Source: Acidobacteriota bacterium (lineage in GTDB: Bacteria > Acidobacteriota > UBA890 > WLXD01). Taken from it: DNA of 64,000 nucleotides. Of the stretch, positions 1-9,964 are shown one piece after another. Position 1 is the stretch's first letter. Each line of letters opens with the position of its first letter. Location: contig CAXWPH010000006.1 of NCBI GenBank assembly GCA_963666055.2, positions 352,001 through 416,000 on the forward strand, written 5' to 3'. The position numbers and the translations under genes are program-made. Under the pieces are notes generated by a model. That model saw only the letters and a list, made by a program, of their open reading frames with translations, had not been told where the DNA came from and ran no database searches.

Positions 1-442
1 CGAGCGCGCGATCGACACCAAGCAGCACTGTCGCGCGATGCTGACCCGTGCGTGGTCGCGATCAACCATCGCTACTCTCCGGCCGCGGCTCAACGACCGA
101 AGACCTTGGATAAAAAATCCCGCTCGATGACGAGCTCTCCGAATCTTCGCCCGCAGCTCCTTGATCTCCGCCTCCCGAGAGACCTCATCCCGCTCTTGCT
201 TGCCCGAGAAGCCGGCCAGTACCTTCTGCCGAGCCTTCTTCTTCCAGTTGGCGATCAGGTTCGGATGCACATCGTAGCGGGCTGCCAGCTCCGCCATCGT
301 CGCTTCCTACCGAAGCGCCTCCAAAGCGACCTTCGCCTTCAGCTCAGCAGGATAACTTCGTCTCTTCCGTGGCATTCCAGACTCCTTCTCCTTGGTCTGG
401 ATTCCACCTTAGCAAGCTGTCCGAATTTCGGGGTCCACCTCT
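1..442 (-). mobile_element. IS3-family insertion sequence remnant (left IR, orfA with internal stop and frameshift, start of orfB; runs off window)
   Basis: Minus strand from ATG at 375 reads MPRKRRSYPAELKAKVALEALR*EATMAELAARYDVHPNLIANWKK, an IS3 orfA HTH with a TAG. After a frameshift it continues GELVIERDFLSK, then orfB-like DRDHARVSIARQC. IR-like AGAGGTGGACCCCGAAATTCGGACAG at ~417-442. Confidence 0.85.
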
Positions 443-532
443 GGCTCAGCTCAGCGAGCTTCCGACGTCACTTGACGATGACCGCACGGCATCCGGCGGC
501 GTAGGCCAAAGTACCTGTCGAGAGCCCGTCTA

Positions 533-720
533 CTAGGCTCCGTAGCGCAGCCTAGCCACTGCACCTCGAGCGGCAAGCTCGCCGCGTGCGTAGCGAGCCG
601 GCATGGTCGGCGAGAGCCACCCGGCCAGCCTGCATTTCGACCAGGCCAGCACCAGCGGCGGCGAGTGACTGTGCCGAGCCGACCCGCAGCGAGTGCCCGG
701 ACACTCGACCTTCGAAACAG
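533..720 (-). pseudogene. C-terminal fragment of a Cre-like tyrosine recombinase
   Basis: FEGRVSGHSLRVGSAQSLAAAGAGLVEMQAGR (HxxR box), one extra G, then WLSPTMPARYARGELAARGAVARLRYGA* (Trp and catalytic Tyr box). No N-terminal part. Confidence 0.8.
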
Positions 721-770
721 CGGCACCGCGTTGGGCAGTACAACTGGCAACAGATGCTCGAGTGGAGATG

Positions 771-1919
771 CTACCGGCGAGCGGCGGGGAGCTTTTCCGG
801 CGGTTTGCGGTTCTTCTTGAAGAAACGCCAGACGGTATCGAGCCCGAAGTACACACCGTCGTCGTATACCGGCCAGCGATGGCCACCGTTCCAGGAACAC
901 GCCACCACCTGACGCCTGCGGGCGCAGTTGGCGCGCTGTGTACAGGCCCACCCCCGAACGCCATCGGCCGGGCTTCTGTAGGCTGTGTCGGTCACATCGC
1001 ATCTCTGTGACTCAGGACCGGCGAAGATCTCCGTCACCTCGGCCACCGGCGTGTACAGATATCCGTCGGAGCTGACCTCACCAGCGCCGGGTACGATCCG
1101 GTCGCGCTTGCCCCACACGCTCATCATCGACATGGGCTCGGACGGCGCACAGTTGAACCCGACGTGTAGCTGTCCGTGCGACGGGGATACGGCAGCGAAG
1201 CGGTCCGCTAGGTCGCATGCCATCCGTTGTACGAACATGCCGCCGTTGCTCAAGCCGGTCGCGTAGATCCGACGCGTATTGATGCAGTAGGCATTCTCGA
1301 TTTCGTCGAGCATGGCAGCGACGAAACCGACATCGTCGACACAATTGCACCAGTTACATCGAGCCGGACCGCATTCATCGGGAAACGGATATTGGAACGA
1401 GTCAGCGGTACAGGTCGGTCCCTCGGGACCCGGGGAACTGGCGCATGCGCCGTCGTTCCACGACGAGATCCGCCGAGATCCACCGACACGGAAGCGCGTC
1501 GATTCCGGGTACACGGCGATGTACCCCTTGGCATCGGCATGCAGGCTCATACCGGTTCCGTGCTCTGCAACCCTGGCGCTGCTGCTGTAGCCGTGAAAGG
1601 CCAGCACGAGGCTGTGGCGCTTGCTAGGCTTGTAGCTCGGCGGCAGATGCACGTTGTACGTGCGTTCGAGGCCATCGTAGGTCAACGTCAGCGTCTCTGT
1701 GGCGCCGGGTTGCGTCGGCGGTGCCTTGCCACAGCCGGCGCTTGCACTCGACCGCAACGTTGCCACGATGGGTTCCGGCTGCCGGGTCAGAAACGTTTCA
1801 CGGAGGCCGGCGATCGTCCCCGGATCGGAGAGCAGGAAGGCGGGTCCGAGGACACCGATCAACACCCCGAGGGCTGGCAACACGATCCGTGGCGTGACTG
1901 TTGGTAGGCTCTTCGGCAC
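771..1919 (-). CDS. Secreted or membrane-anchored alpha/beta-hydrolase, PHB-depolymerase/LpqC-like esterase
   Basis: LVLAFHG, AVYPES, DDVGFV, GLSNGG nucleophile elbow, GGHRWP. N-terminal hydrophobic segment. GTG start at 1919 with GGAG RBS. Confidence 0.85.
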   Translation of the reverse strand: MPKSLPTVTPRIVLPALGVLIGVLGPAFLLSDPGTIAGLRETFLTRQPEPIVATLRSSASAGCGKAPPTQPGATETLTLTYDGLERTYNVHLPPSYKPSKRHSLVLAFHGYSSSARVAEHGTGMSLHADAKGYIAVYPESTRFRVGGSRRISSWNDGACASSPGPEGPTCTADSFQYPFPDECGPARCNWCNCVDDVGFVAAMLDEIENAYCINTRRIYATGLSNGGMFVQRMACDLADRFAAVSPSHGQLHVGFNCAPSEPMSMMSVWGKRDRIVPGAGEVSSDGYLYTPVAEVTEIFAGPESQRCDVTDTAYRSPADGVRGWACTQRANCARRRQVVACSWNGGHRWPVYDDGVYFGLDTVWRFFKKNRKPPEKLPAARR

Positions 1920-2017
1920 GGGTGGACTCCGGGGAGATCGGCAGCTTCGGGTGGAGTTCACTAGCAGTCTATCGTGCTGCTTTCCAGGTTTGTCAAGCCG
2001 CCGCAGAGCATGAACTC

Positions 2018-2072
2018 AGGTTCAGGACCTAGTGGGTGCAAGCCCGTGAGGGTTCAAGTCCCTCCTTGGGTA
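2018..2072 (+). tRNA. 3' half of tRNA-Leu(CAG), truncated; att-site-like
   Basis: AGG-TTCAGGA-CCTAG anticodon arm, long variable arm GGGTGCAAGCCC, T-arm GAGGG-TTCAAGT-CCCTC, acceptor 3' strand CTTGGGT plus discriminator A. No D-arm or 5' acceptor strand upstream. Confidence 0.8.
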
Positions 2073-2159
2073 CTTCGGTTTAACCTCTTTCAAAATAAGA
2101 AGATACCGATGGGGACGGGGCATTTCGTCTCGGTCCATTTCCGCCGTTTCGACGGCGAA

Positions 2160-2180
2160 AGTTAACAAATAGTTAACAAA
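2160..2180. repeat. Tandem direct repeat AGTTAACAAA x2 (possible integrase arm-type sites)
   Basis: AGTTAACAAA at 2160-2169 and 2171-2180, an AT-rich patch about 90 bp downstream of the tRNA fragment. Confidence 0.5.
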
Positions 2181-2218
2181 ACGGTCGCGAATTCCGTCGT
2201 CGAGACCACCCGCCAACC

Positions 2219-2440
2219 GTGTCAGCCCGCTGCATCGATCATCGCAATGGCGAGCCGTTCCCGGCGGCAGGAACGAAGCTGGGCGGGGCGTCCGCCCAGC
2301 ACGCTGCCGAAGCCATGCGCTGGTATCAGTTGGCCGCCGAGCGGGGCCAGATCGCGGCGCAGGTCATGCTCGGCGGCATGTACGTCAAGTTGTCCGCCTA
2401 CGGCTACGGACGGATCGTCCTCAAGGACGAGTGTGAGTAG
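2219..2440 (+). pseudogene. Sel1-repeat protein fragment
   Basis: AEAMRWYQLAAERGQIAAQVMLGGMY matches one Sel1 repeat. No credible start or further repeats. Confidence 0.6.
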
Positions 2441-2855
2441 CTCGATACTAACCCTCGATGCCCGCCTCAGGGCAGCTGTGCAACAGGCGGTGGCTTCCGG
2501 GTTATCCGAGTGCTCCTTCCGCGAACTTCAAATCCGTTTCGAGCGCTTTTGAACCACCCTGACGTTTCGGCGTATTCTGCCCTTCTCAGCGGAAATAAAC
2601 GACATACAGCGGTACGATGTTTACGAGGATTGCGAGCAAATAGATCGGCTCAAGGATCGTGACAGGTCGCACTAGCCCTCCCGCTCCGCTGGCCAGCCGC
2701 TCCACGCCCTCCTTAGCGCCTTCAGGCTGGCCGGGCATCACCAAGACAACCGTTGAAAGTAAATTCACAGCAATCTGGCCGGAAGAGCGTGCGAACCGAG
2801 CCCCGGCCAGCCAGCCGGCGAGGTCATCGAGTATGACGAGACCTCCCTCAGAGGC

Positions 2856-3833
2856 GTGACGGTGGCAGATCTTGGAGCGCTGTTCTCCGAGGTCGTCGAG
2901 TCCTGGCCCTCCTATCGGGACAATCGAGCGTCCGGCAAGCCCGCCAAAGTGGACAGTAACCACCGAGCCTACCAGCTCGTGCTCAAGGATATCCCCCATG
3001 CGCTGACGGAACTCCTCGGGGACGCGGCTCCTCGCTTCAAAGTCGAAGGCTCGACCGGAGCCGGCAATGTCACGGCGGCCCCGTGGGTGGCCTCCTTTGA
3101 TCTACGGGTCACCGACAGCGCGACCCACGGGCTTTACCCGGTCTATCTGTTCTCTATTGATCTGCAGCGCCTCTATTTATCCGCAGCGATCGGCGTCACC
3201 GTGTTTCAGCAGCTCTTTGGCAGCTCGACAAGTTGCTACGACCGGCTGCGATGGGCACGTGAATTCGTTGCGAAGGTGGTCGATCTACCGAGCTGGGGAT
3301 TCGACATCGGGCCCCTGGATCTGGCCACTGATCGCCGGCGGCACAAGTTGCACGCGCTCTATGAGCAGGGGTCGATCGCACACCAGAGATACCGTCTTGC
3401 TGACCTGCCAACGTCGGAGAGCCTTGCCGCCGACTTGCGTCGCATGCTGAGGCTTCTACGAGGAGCTGATCTCGAACGATCTGGTCCCCGACCCGGCGAG
3501 GCTCGCTGAAAGCGCCGCGCCCGCGATCGAAGAGGCCCCGACCATCAGCTTCGAGGAGTTCACTCCGTTGCCGCCGGCGGATAAGCGCGGGAGTGGCGAC
3601 AGCACCAAATCGTCCAAGCCACGGCGCAGCCAGCAATCCAAGAAGGTAGGGGATGCTGGCGAGGCACACGTGCTCAGGTACGAGCGAGACCAGCTCGAAC
3701 AAGCCGGTCGCCCCGATCTAGCGAAGCGAGTGCGGCGGCTAGAGGAGATCAACGAGTACCCCGGCTGGGACATCACTTCGTACTATCCCGACGGCCGCGA
3801 GAAGCTCATCGAGGTCAAGGCGACCTCGGGGAG
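2856..3833 (+). pseudogene. McrB N-terminal-like (DUF3578) domain fused to DUF3883-type PD-(D/E)xK nuclease; frameshifted and truncated
   Basis: FKVEGSTGAGNVTAAPWVASFD..TDSATHGLYPVYLFS is DUF3578-like. One extra base near 3450 restores FYEELISND...KKVGDAGEAHVLRYE...PGWDITSY...LIEVKATSG. The sequence then switches to IS DNA. Confidence 0.75.
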
Positions 3834-3834
3834 T

Positions 3835-4045
3835 CTGGAGATCGGAGGCTGCATTCCGATGCCAGCATCGGGGACGATGGTGATCGTAGTTGTTGAGCCA
3901 GCGTTCCAGCGCGCGAGTTCGGCCGGCTGAGGTGCGGTAGCAAACACCTAGGCCAGTGGTCCTTGAGCGTTCTGAGGAACGGCTCCGGCTTGCCATTCGT
4001 TGGCGGCGTGTAAAGCCGGATGTACAGGTGTCGGATCTGGCGCCG
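3835..4045 (-). mobile_element. IS481-family transposase C-terminal remnant
   Basis: IRHLYIRLYTPPTNGKPEPFLRTLKDHW, and in a second frame YRTSAGRTRALERWLNNYDHHRP. Degenerate versions of the integrase-core PxTNGKAERF and YNHxRPH motifs. Confidence 0.7.
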
Positions 4046-4139
4046 CGCACGGAGCGGGTTGAAACGCTGACGTGCTCCGCAAGTTGAAACCACGCATAGT
4101 GAGAGATTGCTGAGACGTTGGCAAGAGTTTGCCTTTCGC

Positions 4140-4318
4140 CGAGCGGCGTGCAGAGGCAGTGGGGAGCCGACGGAGTCGGCCGTAGTGCTACGTCCGCCGC
4201 GAACACGCTCGGGGGAGCGGTTATAGCCACTCAAGCGGCAGGCGCTTGGTTCGCTGAGCCCGTGTCGATCCCGGAACAACTCGACCGCCGCGTGCCGGGC
4301 CACCATTTTCTTTGCAAT
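4140..4318 (-). mobile_element. IS3-family orfA/orfB junction remnant
   Basis: A-rich GCAAAGAAAATGG followed by ARHAAVELFRDRHGLSEPSACRLSG, resembling the IS3 orfB N-terminus (GLSERRAC). Confidence 0.55.
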
Positions 4319-4321
4319 GCT

Positions 4322-4610
4322 TCCCGTTTGAAGCCCGAACGTGGTCTCGATCCAACTCGCCAGTGGATGGGCTCGGAATAGCTCGTAGTCGCCGGGAAGC
4401 TGGGGCCGGCCTCCCTCAAGCGCCTCCCGGAGCTCGGCCTGGAACTGGGCGTCGGCTGGATCGCGGGCCGGCGTCGCTCGTCGCAGCGTCTCGCCGATCA
4501 CCGCCTCTGGCTTTACCGTGACACCGAAGAGCCGCGTCGCAACGTTCGCCACCTCGGCTCGCTGCTGATCGAGGCTCCCTGGTCCAGCGAGCGTGGCCGA
4601 CGTGCCTACT
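4322..4610 (-). pseudogene. Internal fragment of a large SF2 DEAD/DEAH helicase
   Basis: VGTSATLA (motif III SAT)...VATRLFGVTVKPEAVIGETLRRAT...HPLASWIETTFGL. No Walker A or DEAH motif present. Confidence 0.6.
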
Positions 4611-4703
4611 CGTCGAGTCCATCGAATGTTGGTTCGATCCGTGTCGCTTAGCAAATGTAAATGCGCCGGCGCGGTTCATACGCACCGCGGCCGCGGCTTC
4701 CTC

Positions 4704-5192
4704 CTATGCTCCGCCGTACGACACGTAGATCTTGCGAACGCCGTCAGGGACCGCGAATGTCCCCGTCCAACCCTTCGGCAGGACGACGCCGTCGCCCGGA
4801 CCATGCGTGCTCACCTCGCCGTCGGCATCGGTGAGGACGATCTCACCTTCGAGCACGTACATTAGCTCGTCGACCTCGTAGGGTTCCGGTATGTTGAGCA
4901 CGCCGGGGGTGGCCTCCCAAACGCCGATGGTGAGGTTGCCGTCGGCGCTTTGGTAGAAGGTGTGGCCGCGAGCGTCGAAGTCGCTGAGCTTCGAGTACGG
5001 ACCGAATTCGCCCAGCCCTTCGCCCGCTAGCTTGCTGCTTTCCAACTCGACCACCGCCATCGCGCGTCCCGCCGCCTCGGCGTACGGGGCCACCGGGCCT
5101 ACGTGGCCGACAATCGCGCCGACCGACAGCATCGCCACACTCCACGCCACCATGCCGAGCGCTCGAATCGAACTGCTCTTGCTGCCGCGCAT
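4704..5192 (-). CDS. Exported cupin (DUF861/EutQ-like)
   Basis: GVWEATPG, DELMYVLEGEIVLTD, GPGDGVVLPKGWTG, RKIYV. N-terminal signal-like segment. GGAGGG RBS. Confidence 0.85.
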   Translation of the reverse strand: MRGSKSSSIRALGMVAWSVAMLSVGAIVGHVGPVAPYAEAAGRAMAVVELESSKLAGEGLGEFGPYSKLSDFDARGHTFYQSADGNLTIGVWEATPGVLNIPEPYEVDELMYVLEGEIVLTDADGEVSTHGPGDGVVLPKGWTGTFAVPDGVRKIYVSYGGA

Positions 5193-5307
5193 CGCCTACC
5201 CTCCGCTTGTCGAGTGAAACTCATGCAACAGCATCGCGCGCCTGGTGCCGGTTGCGCAACCGGCGCCGTTAGCTCTCCACCACCGAGCCACCTCTCGTGC
5301 CGAGCCC

Positions 5308-5484
5308 CTAGCAGGCCGTGGTGAAAGTGTGGTGGGTCTGGCGACAGGGTTACGGCGATTTGGGGCCATCTGCAGCGTTGGCCTTCTTCGACGATGGCTA
5401 GGGCATCGCCTGTGTCAGGCCGCCTTGTATCCGGCCCCAACTCGCCGTAACCAGACCCACCACACTTTCACCACGGCCTGCTAG
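5308..5484 (+). mobile_element. MITE, internally deleted copy (177 bp)
   Basis: Perfect 34-bp terminal inverted repeat CTAGCAGGCCGTGGTGAAAGTGTGGTGGGTCTGG. Matches the 34690-34968 copy minus 102 bp between two AGGGT motifs. Confidence 0.9.
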
Positions 5485-5603
5485 CGTCGGAACTCGAAAT
5501 CCGCAACGAGTACGAGATGAGCCGACGCCACCAGCAAATCGCCCCCTTTCGGTATCGGCCTCTGCCCTATGGCCCGCAGAAGTATGCGTCCCATGTCAAT
5601 TCC

Positions 5604-6962
5604 TCACAAGGGATCTCCCGCATGAGGTCTCTCGGCGCCGGGATACGCCTTCGGCAGTGCGCCGAAGACGCCTCTGAGGATCCAGACCGTACCGACGATG
5701 ATCAGACTCAACATGATCCATCGGAGGAGGGTCGCGGCGAATCCGATATCCATCACCGGGACGCGGAAGTCGTACTGGATGAGCTCCGCCCCCCGCTCAG
5801 TCATCCAGTGCCAGCCCGTGTGTGCCAGGAAGGCCGACAGCACGATCGTGCCGAGCACCTCGGGAAGCCAACGTCGGAACAGGAAATCGAGCACCGGCAC
5901 GGTCAGCGCGAGAACGACGAGCTGACCGAGCTCCACGCCGACGTTGAAGGACAGCAGGGACGTGATGAGGTGGGCGCCGGCGAACTGCAGGGACTCCGAG
6001 AGGGCGAACGAGAATCCGAAACCGTGGATGAGCCCGAACCCGAACGCGATCATCCATCTGCGCTGCAGCTTCGCCCCGATGATGTTCTCGAAGGCCATGA
6101 ATACGATCGACAGCGCGATCAGCGTCTCGATGAGCGGGGGAAACCAGAGCGCGTTGGGAGCAAGACCGAGCGCCGACGCGATCAGCGTGATCGAGTGGGC
6201 GATCGTGAAGGAAGTCGCGATCGGAACGAGCGCCCAGAATCTCCGGAACGGCACGACCAAGCAGAACAGAAACAGCAGGTGATCGATGCCGTCGAGAATG
6301 TGCTCGAATCCCAGGACGATGAAGCGCCAGGCGGCCTGGTGCCACCGTGGGTCGAGCCTGAAGAGCCCCATGTTGCCGGTGTACTGGAAGGCGCGCTCTG
6401 GGCCACCGGCCGGCAGGAACCGAAGGACCGTCAGCGTGCTGAGCCCCAGGTGCGCCCAGCGGGCGTCGATGGTGAACTCGGAATCCTCCGAGGAGATGGG
6501 CCACTCCATGAGCACGTCGAGCATCGCCTGCTGCAACGGAAGATCCGTGCCGACCGGAAGAACGGGCGACTGTACATTGGCGAGGGCCGACTCGTAGCTC
6601 TGGAAGGCCCGATCCCCTGGAATGGCGATACGAACGTCGGTCACCTCCGGCAGACCCAGCGAGGTGCCCGCCTCGAACATCTCGACGTAGTTGCCGATCC
6701 ACTGGACGGCGGCTTCACGGCTGAGCTCGGCCGCCTCGGGTAGCTCCAGGTATCCGGGATCCCGCACAGGAAAGTTGTAGTCCCTCATCGACAGTAGAGG
6801 CACTCGAACCAGGGCTCGGATCGTGCCCCCCTCGGGAGCAACGAAAGCCTGGACCGTCACGTCGGCGGGGATCTCGTGCGCCTCCCCCGACCAGGTCGGC
6901 AGAAGCAGAACTAGCGCGACGACGAGCACGGCCGAGCGGCGGAGGCGCGCTTGGTCGGACAT
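5604..6962 (-). CDS. HupE/UreJ-family membrane protein with N-terminal exported domain
   Basis: Signal peptide then AHEIP. LGFEHILDGIDHLLFL, FTIAHSITL, FGFGLIHGFGF, FNVGVELGQ. Confidence 0.9.
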   Translation of the reverse strand: MSDQARLRRSAVLVVALVLLLPTWSGEAHEIPADVTVQAFVAPEGGTIRALVRVPLLSMRDYNFPVRDPGYLELPEAAELSREAAVQWIGNYVEMFEAGTSLGLPEVTDVRIAIPGDRAFQSYESALANVQSPVLPVGTDLPLQQAMLDVLMEWPISSEDSEFTIDARWAHLGLSTLTVLRFLPAGGPERAFQYTGNMGLFRLDPRWHQAAWRFIVLGFEHILDGIDHLLFLFCLVVPFRRFWALVPIATSFTIAHSITLIASALGLAPNALWFPPLIETLIALSIVFMAFENIIGAKLQRRWMIAFGFGLIHGFGFSFALSESLQFAGAHLITSLLSFNVGVELGQLVVLALTVPVLDFLFRRWLPEVLGTIVLSAFLAHTGWHWMTERGAELIQYDFRVPVMDIGFAATLLRWIMLSLIIVGTVWILRGVFGALPKAYPGAERPHAGDPL

Positions 6963-7098
6963 GGCCGGAAAGCTACCGCAGCCCGGGTGGAGAGGGCTAC
7001 CTCATCGGGTGACCGTTCGACGATTGTCGGATCGGCCCTCACAGTGTAGATTCCGGGCAAATTGAGCCTGCCCTTCTCTGCCAGGGAGATGGATTTCG

Positions 7099-8304
7099 AT
7101 GCAGAAGCGCAACCTGACCTACGGTCTGGCTTTGATCGCACTGATCACGGCCGTCGCCTTCGCCGCGGACGCCATGGACAACGTGGCCGCGGCCCAAACC
7201 GACGAGGTGCCGCTGTTCCAGGTAGACCCCTTCTGGCCCAAGCCGTTGCCGCACCACTGGCTGATGGGTGCCACCATCGGTGTGGCCGTCGATGCCAACG
7301 ACGGCATCTGGCTCGTGCATCGCAACACATCGGACCAGTTCGCCGCCAACACCGAAATCGGCATGGCGCAGTACCCGCCGGTCGCCTCGTGCTGTCGGCC
7401 CGCGCCCCCCGTTCTCCACTTCGACCAGGACGGCAACCTGCTCCACGCCTGGGGCGGACCGGGTACCGAGAGGGGTGACTACTCCTGGCCGGCGTCGAAC
7501 CACGGAATCACCGTGGACGACCTCGGGAACGTCTGGATCGGCGGCAACGGCGGCGAGGACCGGCACATCATCAAGCTCACCACCGACGGACAGTTCCTGG
7601 CTCAGTTCGGCATGCCGGGCGTGCCGCTCGACAGCAACAGCGAAACCAACTTCGGACAGGTCGCGAAGGTCTCGTTCGACCGAGAGAACAACGAGATCTA
7701 CGTGGCGGACGGCTACGGCAATCACCGCGTCGCGGTCCTGGACGCCACCAGCGGTGCCATGAAGCGCTACTGGGGTGCCTACGGAAACCGGCCGACCGAC
7801 GAGGCGCCGCCGGCTTATCAGCCCGGCGAGACCCCGCCGCAGAACTTCCGCACCCCGGTGCACTGCGCCGACCGGGCCAACGACGGGATGGTCTACGTCT
7901 GCGATCGTCCGTCGAACCGGATCTCGGTCTTTACCAGCGGGGGCGAGTTCATAAAGGAGGCGATCATCGCGCCCGCTACGCGGTCGCAGGGCTCGACGTG
8001 GGACGTCGCCTTCTCTCCGGACCCCGAGCAGCAATTCATGTACCTGGCCGACGGCCAGAACATGAAGGTCTATGTCATGGATCGTGAGTCGCTCGAAGTT
8101 CTCTACAGCTTCGGCGACGGAGGCCGCCAGCCCGGCCTCTTCTTCGCGGTGCACTCGATCGCCACGGACTCGGCTGGCAACATCTACACGACTGAGACAT
8201 ACGAGGGCACGCGGATCCAGAAGTTCACATATATGGGCATGGGCCCGAATCCTGGCGGTGATACGGGCGCCGCGTGGCCGGCCGACAGGCGTCGCAGCGA
8301 CTGA
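7099..8304 (+). CDS. Secreted NHL-repeat beta-propeller, PAL (alpha-amidating lyase)-like
   Basis: Signal peptide. FQVDPFWPKPLP, NHGITVD, YVADGYGNHRV, PVHC, CDRPSNRI, VHSIATDSAGNIY. Confidence 0.85.
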   Translation: MQKRNLTYGLALIALITAVAFAADAMDNVAAAQTDEVPLFQVDPFWPKPLPHHWLMGATIGVAVDANDGIWLVHRNTSDQFAANTEIGMAQYPPVASCCRPAPPVLHFDQDGNLLHAWGGPGTERGDYSWPASNHGITVDDLGNVWIGGNGGEDRHIIKLTTDGQFLAQFGMPGVPLDSNSETNFGQVAKVSFDRENNEIYVADGYGNHRVAVLDATSGAMKRYWGAYGNRPTDEAPPAYQPGETPPQNFRTPVHCADRANDGMVYVCDRPSNRISVFTSGGEFIKEAIIAPATRSQGSTWDVAFSPDPEQQFMYLADGQNMKVYVMDRESLEVLYSFGDGGRQPGLFFAVHSIATDSAGNIYTTETYEGTRIQKFTYMGMGPNPGGDTGAAWPADRRRSD

Positions 8305-8443
8305 TCGACCAGCCACAGCGGCTGTAGGGCTCGACGGCCTCACCTTTCGGGGTGGCTTCATAGGTCGGTGAATCGCGCCGGTCAGCCAGTCTGCATCGCC
8401 GTGTTGACGGATACAATCCACGGCTTGAACCGTCAGGAGCGCC

Positions 8444-8877
8444 ATGGACCCCGGCACCAGACTCGGACCCCACGAGCTCCTCGCCCCGCTTGGCGCGCGC
8501 GGCATGGGCGAGGTATATCTGGCCGAGGACACTCGGCTGCGCCGCAAGGTGGCGCTGAAGCTGCTGCCGGTGGAATACGCGTCGGAAGATGGGAATCTCT
8601 GGCGTGTCGCGTACAGCGAAGACGCCGGCTTCGCCGCCCGCCCGAGCGCATTCTCGAACAGACTGTGCCGAAGCGTGGCGGCAGCAGTCCCTTTGACGTG
8701 GGGTCGAACGGCCGCGTGCTGTTGCCCGACATTCGGCTCGAGGCCGGCCGCCCGCGCAGGCTAATCCACGTGATACTCCACTGGGATCAGGAAGTGCTCA
8801 ATCTCGGCTCTGCGAACCGCTCGGGCGGCTCGGGATCACGCCCCCGCCCGGCCGGTTCTGCGCCCCCCGGGGGATAG
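8444..8877 (+). pseudogene. Hanks-type Ser/Thr kinase plus beta-propeller gene with a large internal deletion
   Basis: MDPGTRLGPHELLAPLGARGMGEVYLAEDTRLRRKVALKLLP (subdomains I-II) is joined within ~50 codons to a C-terminal tail FDVGSNGRVLL...IHVILHWDQEV. No HRD or DFG. Confidence 0.8.
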
Positions 8878-8895
8878 CAACGGAGGACGACCAGC

Positions 8896-9906
8896 ATGAA
8901 TCAACCGCCATTACCCGATCAGATCATGCAGGTCGGCCTCGGGTTCTGGGGCTCCAAGACGCTGCTCAGCGCAATCGAGATGGAGCTGTTCACCGAACTG
9001 GCTCGCCAGCCCGCTGATCTGGAGGGTATCGAAAGCAGTCTGGGGCTCCACCCGCGATCCTCGCGCGACTTCCTGGACGCGCTTGTGGCGCTGGGGTTCC
9101 TGCATCGCAGCGACGGCGGCTACCACAACACCCCAGAGACCGACTTGTTTCTCGACAAGGCCAAGCCCTCGTACATCGGCGGCATGCTCGAGATGGCGAA
9201 CCAGCGTCTGTATCGGTTCTGGGGTGATCTCTCTGAAGCCTTGCGCACGGGAGAGCCACAGAACGAGGTGAAGCACGGCGGGAATCTGTTCGCGGAGCTC
9301 TACGCCGACCCCGCCGCTCTCGAGGGGTTCCTCGCCGCAATGACCGGCATCAGCCATGCGGCGAACCTGGCGATCGCTGAGAAGCTCGGCTGGGGCGACT
9401 ATGCGACGTTCGCCGACGTGGGCACCGCACAGGGCGATCTTGCTGCCCAGGTCGCGTTGGCGCACCCGCACCTGTCCGGAATCGGATTCGACCTACCTGC
9501 CGTGGCCCCGGTGTTCGAGCGGTACGTCAGCGGCCTCGGCCTGTCCGAACGATTGAAGTTCACGTCGGGCGATTTCTTCGAGGACGATCTTCCCCGGGCC
9601 GACGTCATCCTGATGGGCCACATCCTCCACGACTGGGATCTGGAGCAGAAGAAGCTGCTGGTCTACAAGGCTTTCGAGGCGGTCCCCGATGGCGGCGCCC
9701 TGGTGGTCTATGAATCCATTATCGACGACGACCGGTCGCAGAATGCATTCGGGCTTCTCATGAGCCTGAACATGCTCATCGAGACCACCGGCGGCTTCGA
9801 CTACACTGGCGCGGATTGCGCCCAGTGGATGACCGAAGCCGGCTTCCGCGAGATCCGAGTCGAGCATCTCGTCGGTCCGGATTCTATGGTGGTGGGCGTG
9901 AAGTAG
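8896..9906 (+). CDS. SAM-dependent O-methyltransferase with dimerisation domain
   Basis: [36 protein letters not shown]. Confidence 0.92.
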   Translation: MNQPPLPDQIMQVGLGFWGSKTLLSAIEMELFTELARQPADLEGIESSLGLHPRSSRDFLDALVALGFLHRSDGGYHNTPETDLFLDKAKPSYIGGMLEMANQRLYRFWGDLSEALRTGEPQNEVKHGGNLFAELYADPAALEGFLAAMTGISHAANLAIAEKLGWGDYATFADVGTAQGDLAAQVALAHPHLSGIGFDLPAVAPVFERYVSGLGLSERLKFTSGDFFEDDLPRADVILMGHILHDWDLEQKKLLVYKAFEAVPDGGALVVYESIIDDDRSQNAFGLLMSLNMLIETTGGFDYTGADCAQWMTEAGFREIRVEHLVGPDSMVVGVK

Positions 9907-9964
9907 GTCCGCTCGACGATTCGGAGCCGGCAACCCAGCCCCTCCGCCGCACACCCGGTGCGAA

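Noticed and set aside
308-310. In-frame TAG in IS3 orfA as pyrrolysine or programmed read-through
   Set aside because: The element has other lesions (frameshift, mutated IR end), so this is ordinary decay.
2018-2072. Possible tRNA-Sec (TCA appears in the loop and the window has UGA genes)
   Set aside because: The 7-nt loop TTCAGGA centres on CAG (Leu), the arms fit tRNA-Leu, and the 5' half is missing.
3815-4654. 279-aa ORF as a single helicase-transposase fusion protein
   Set aside because: It is a chance open frame across three unrelated degenerate fragments.
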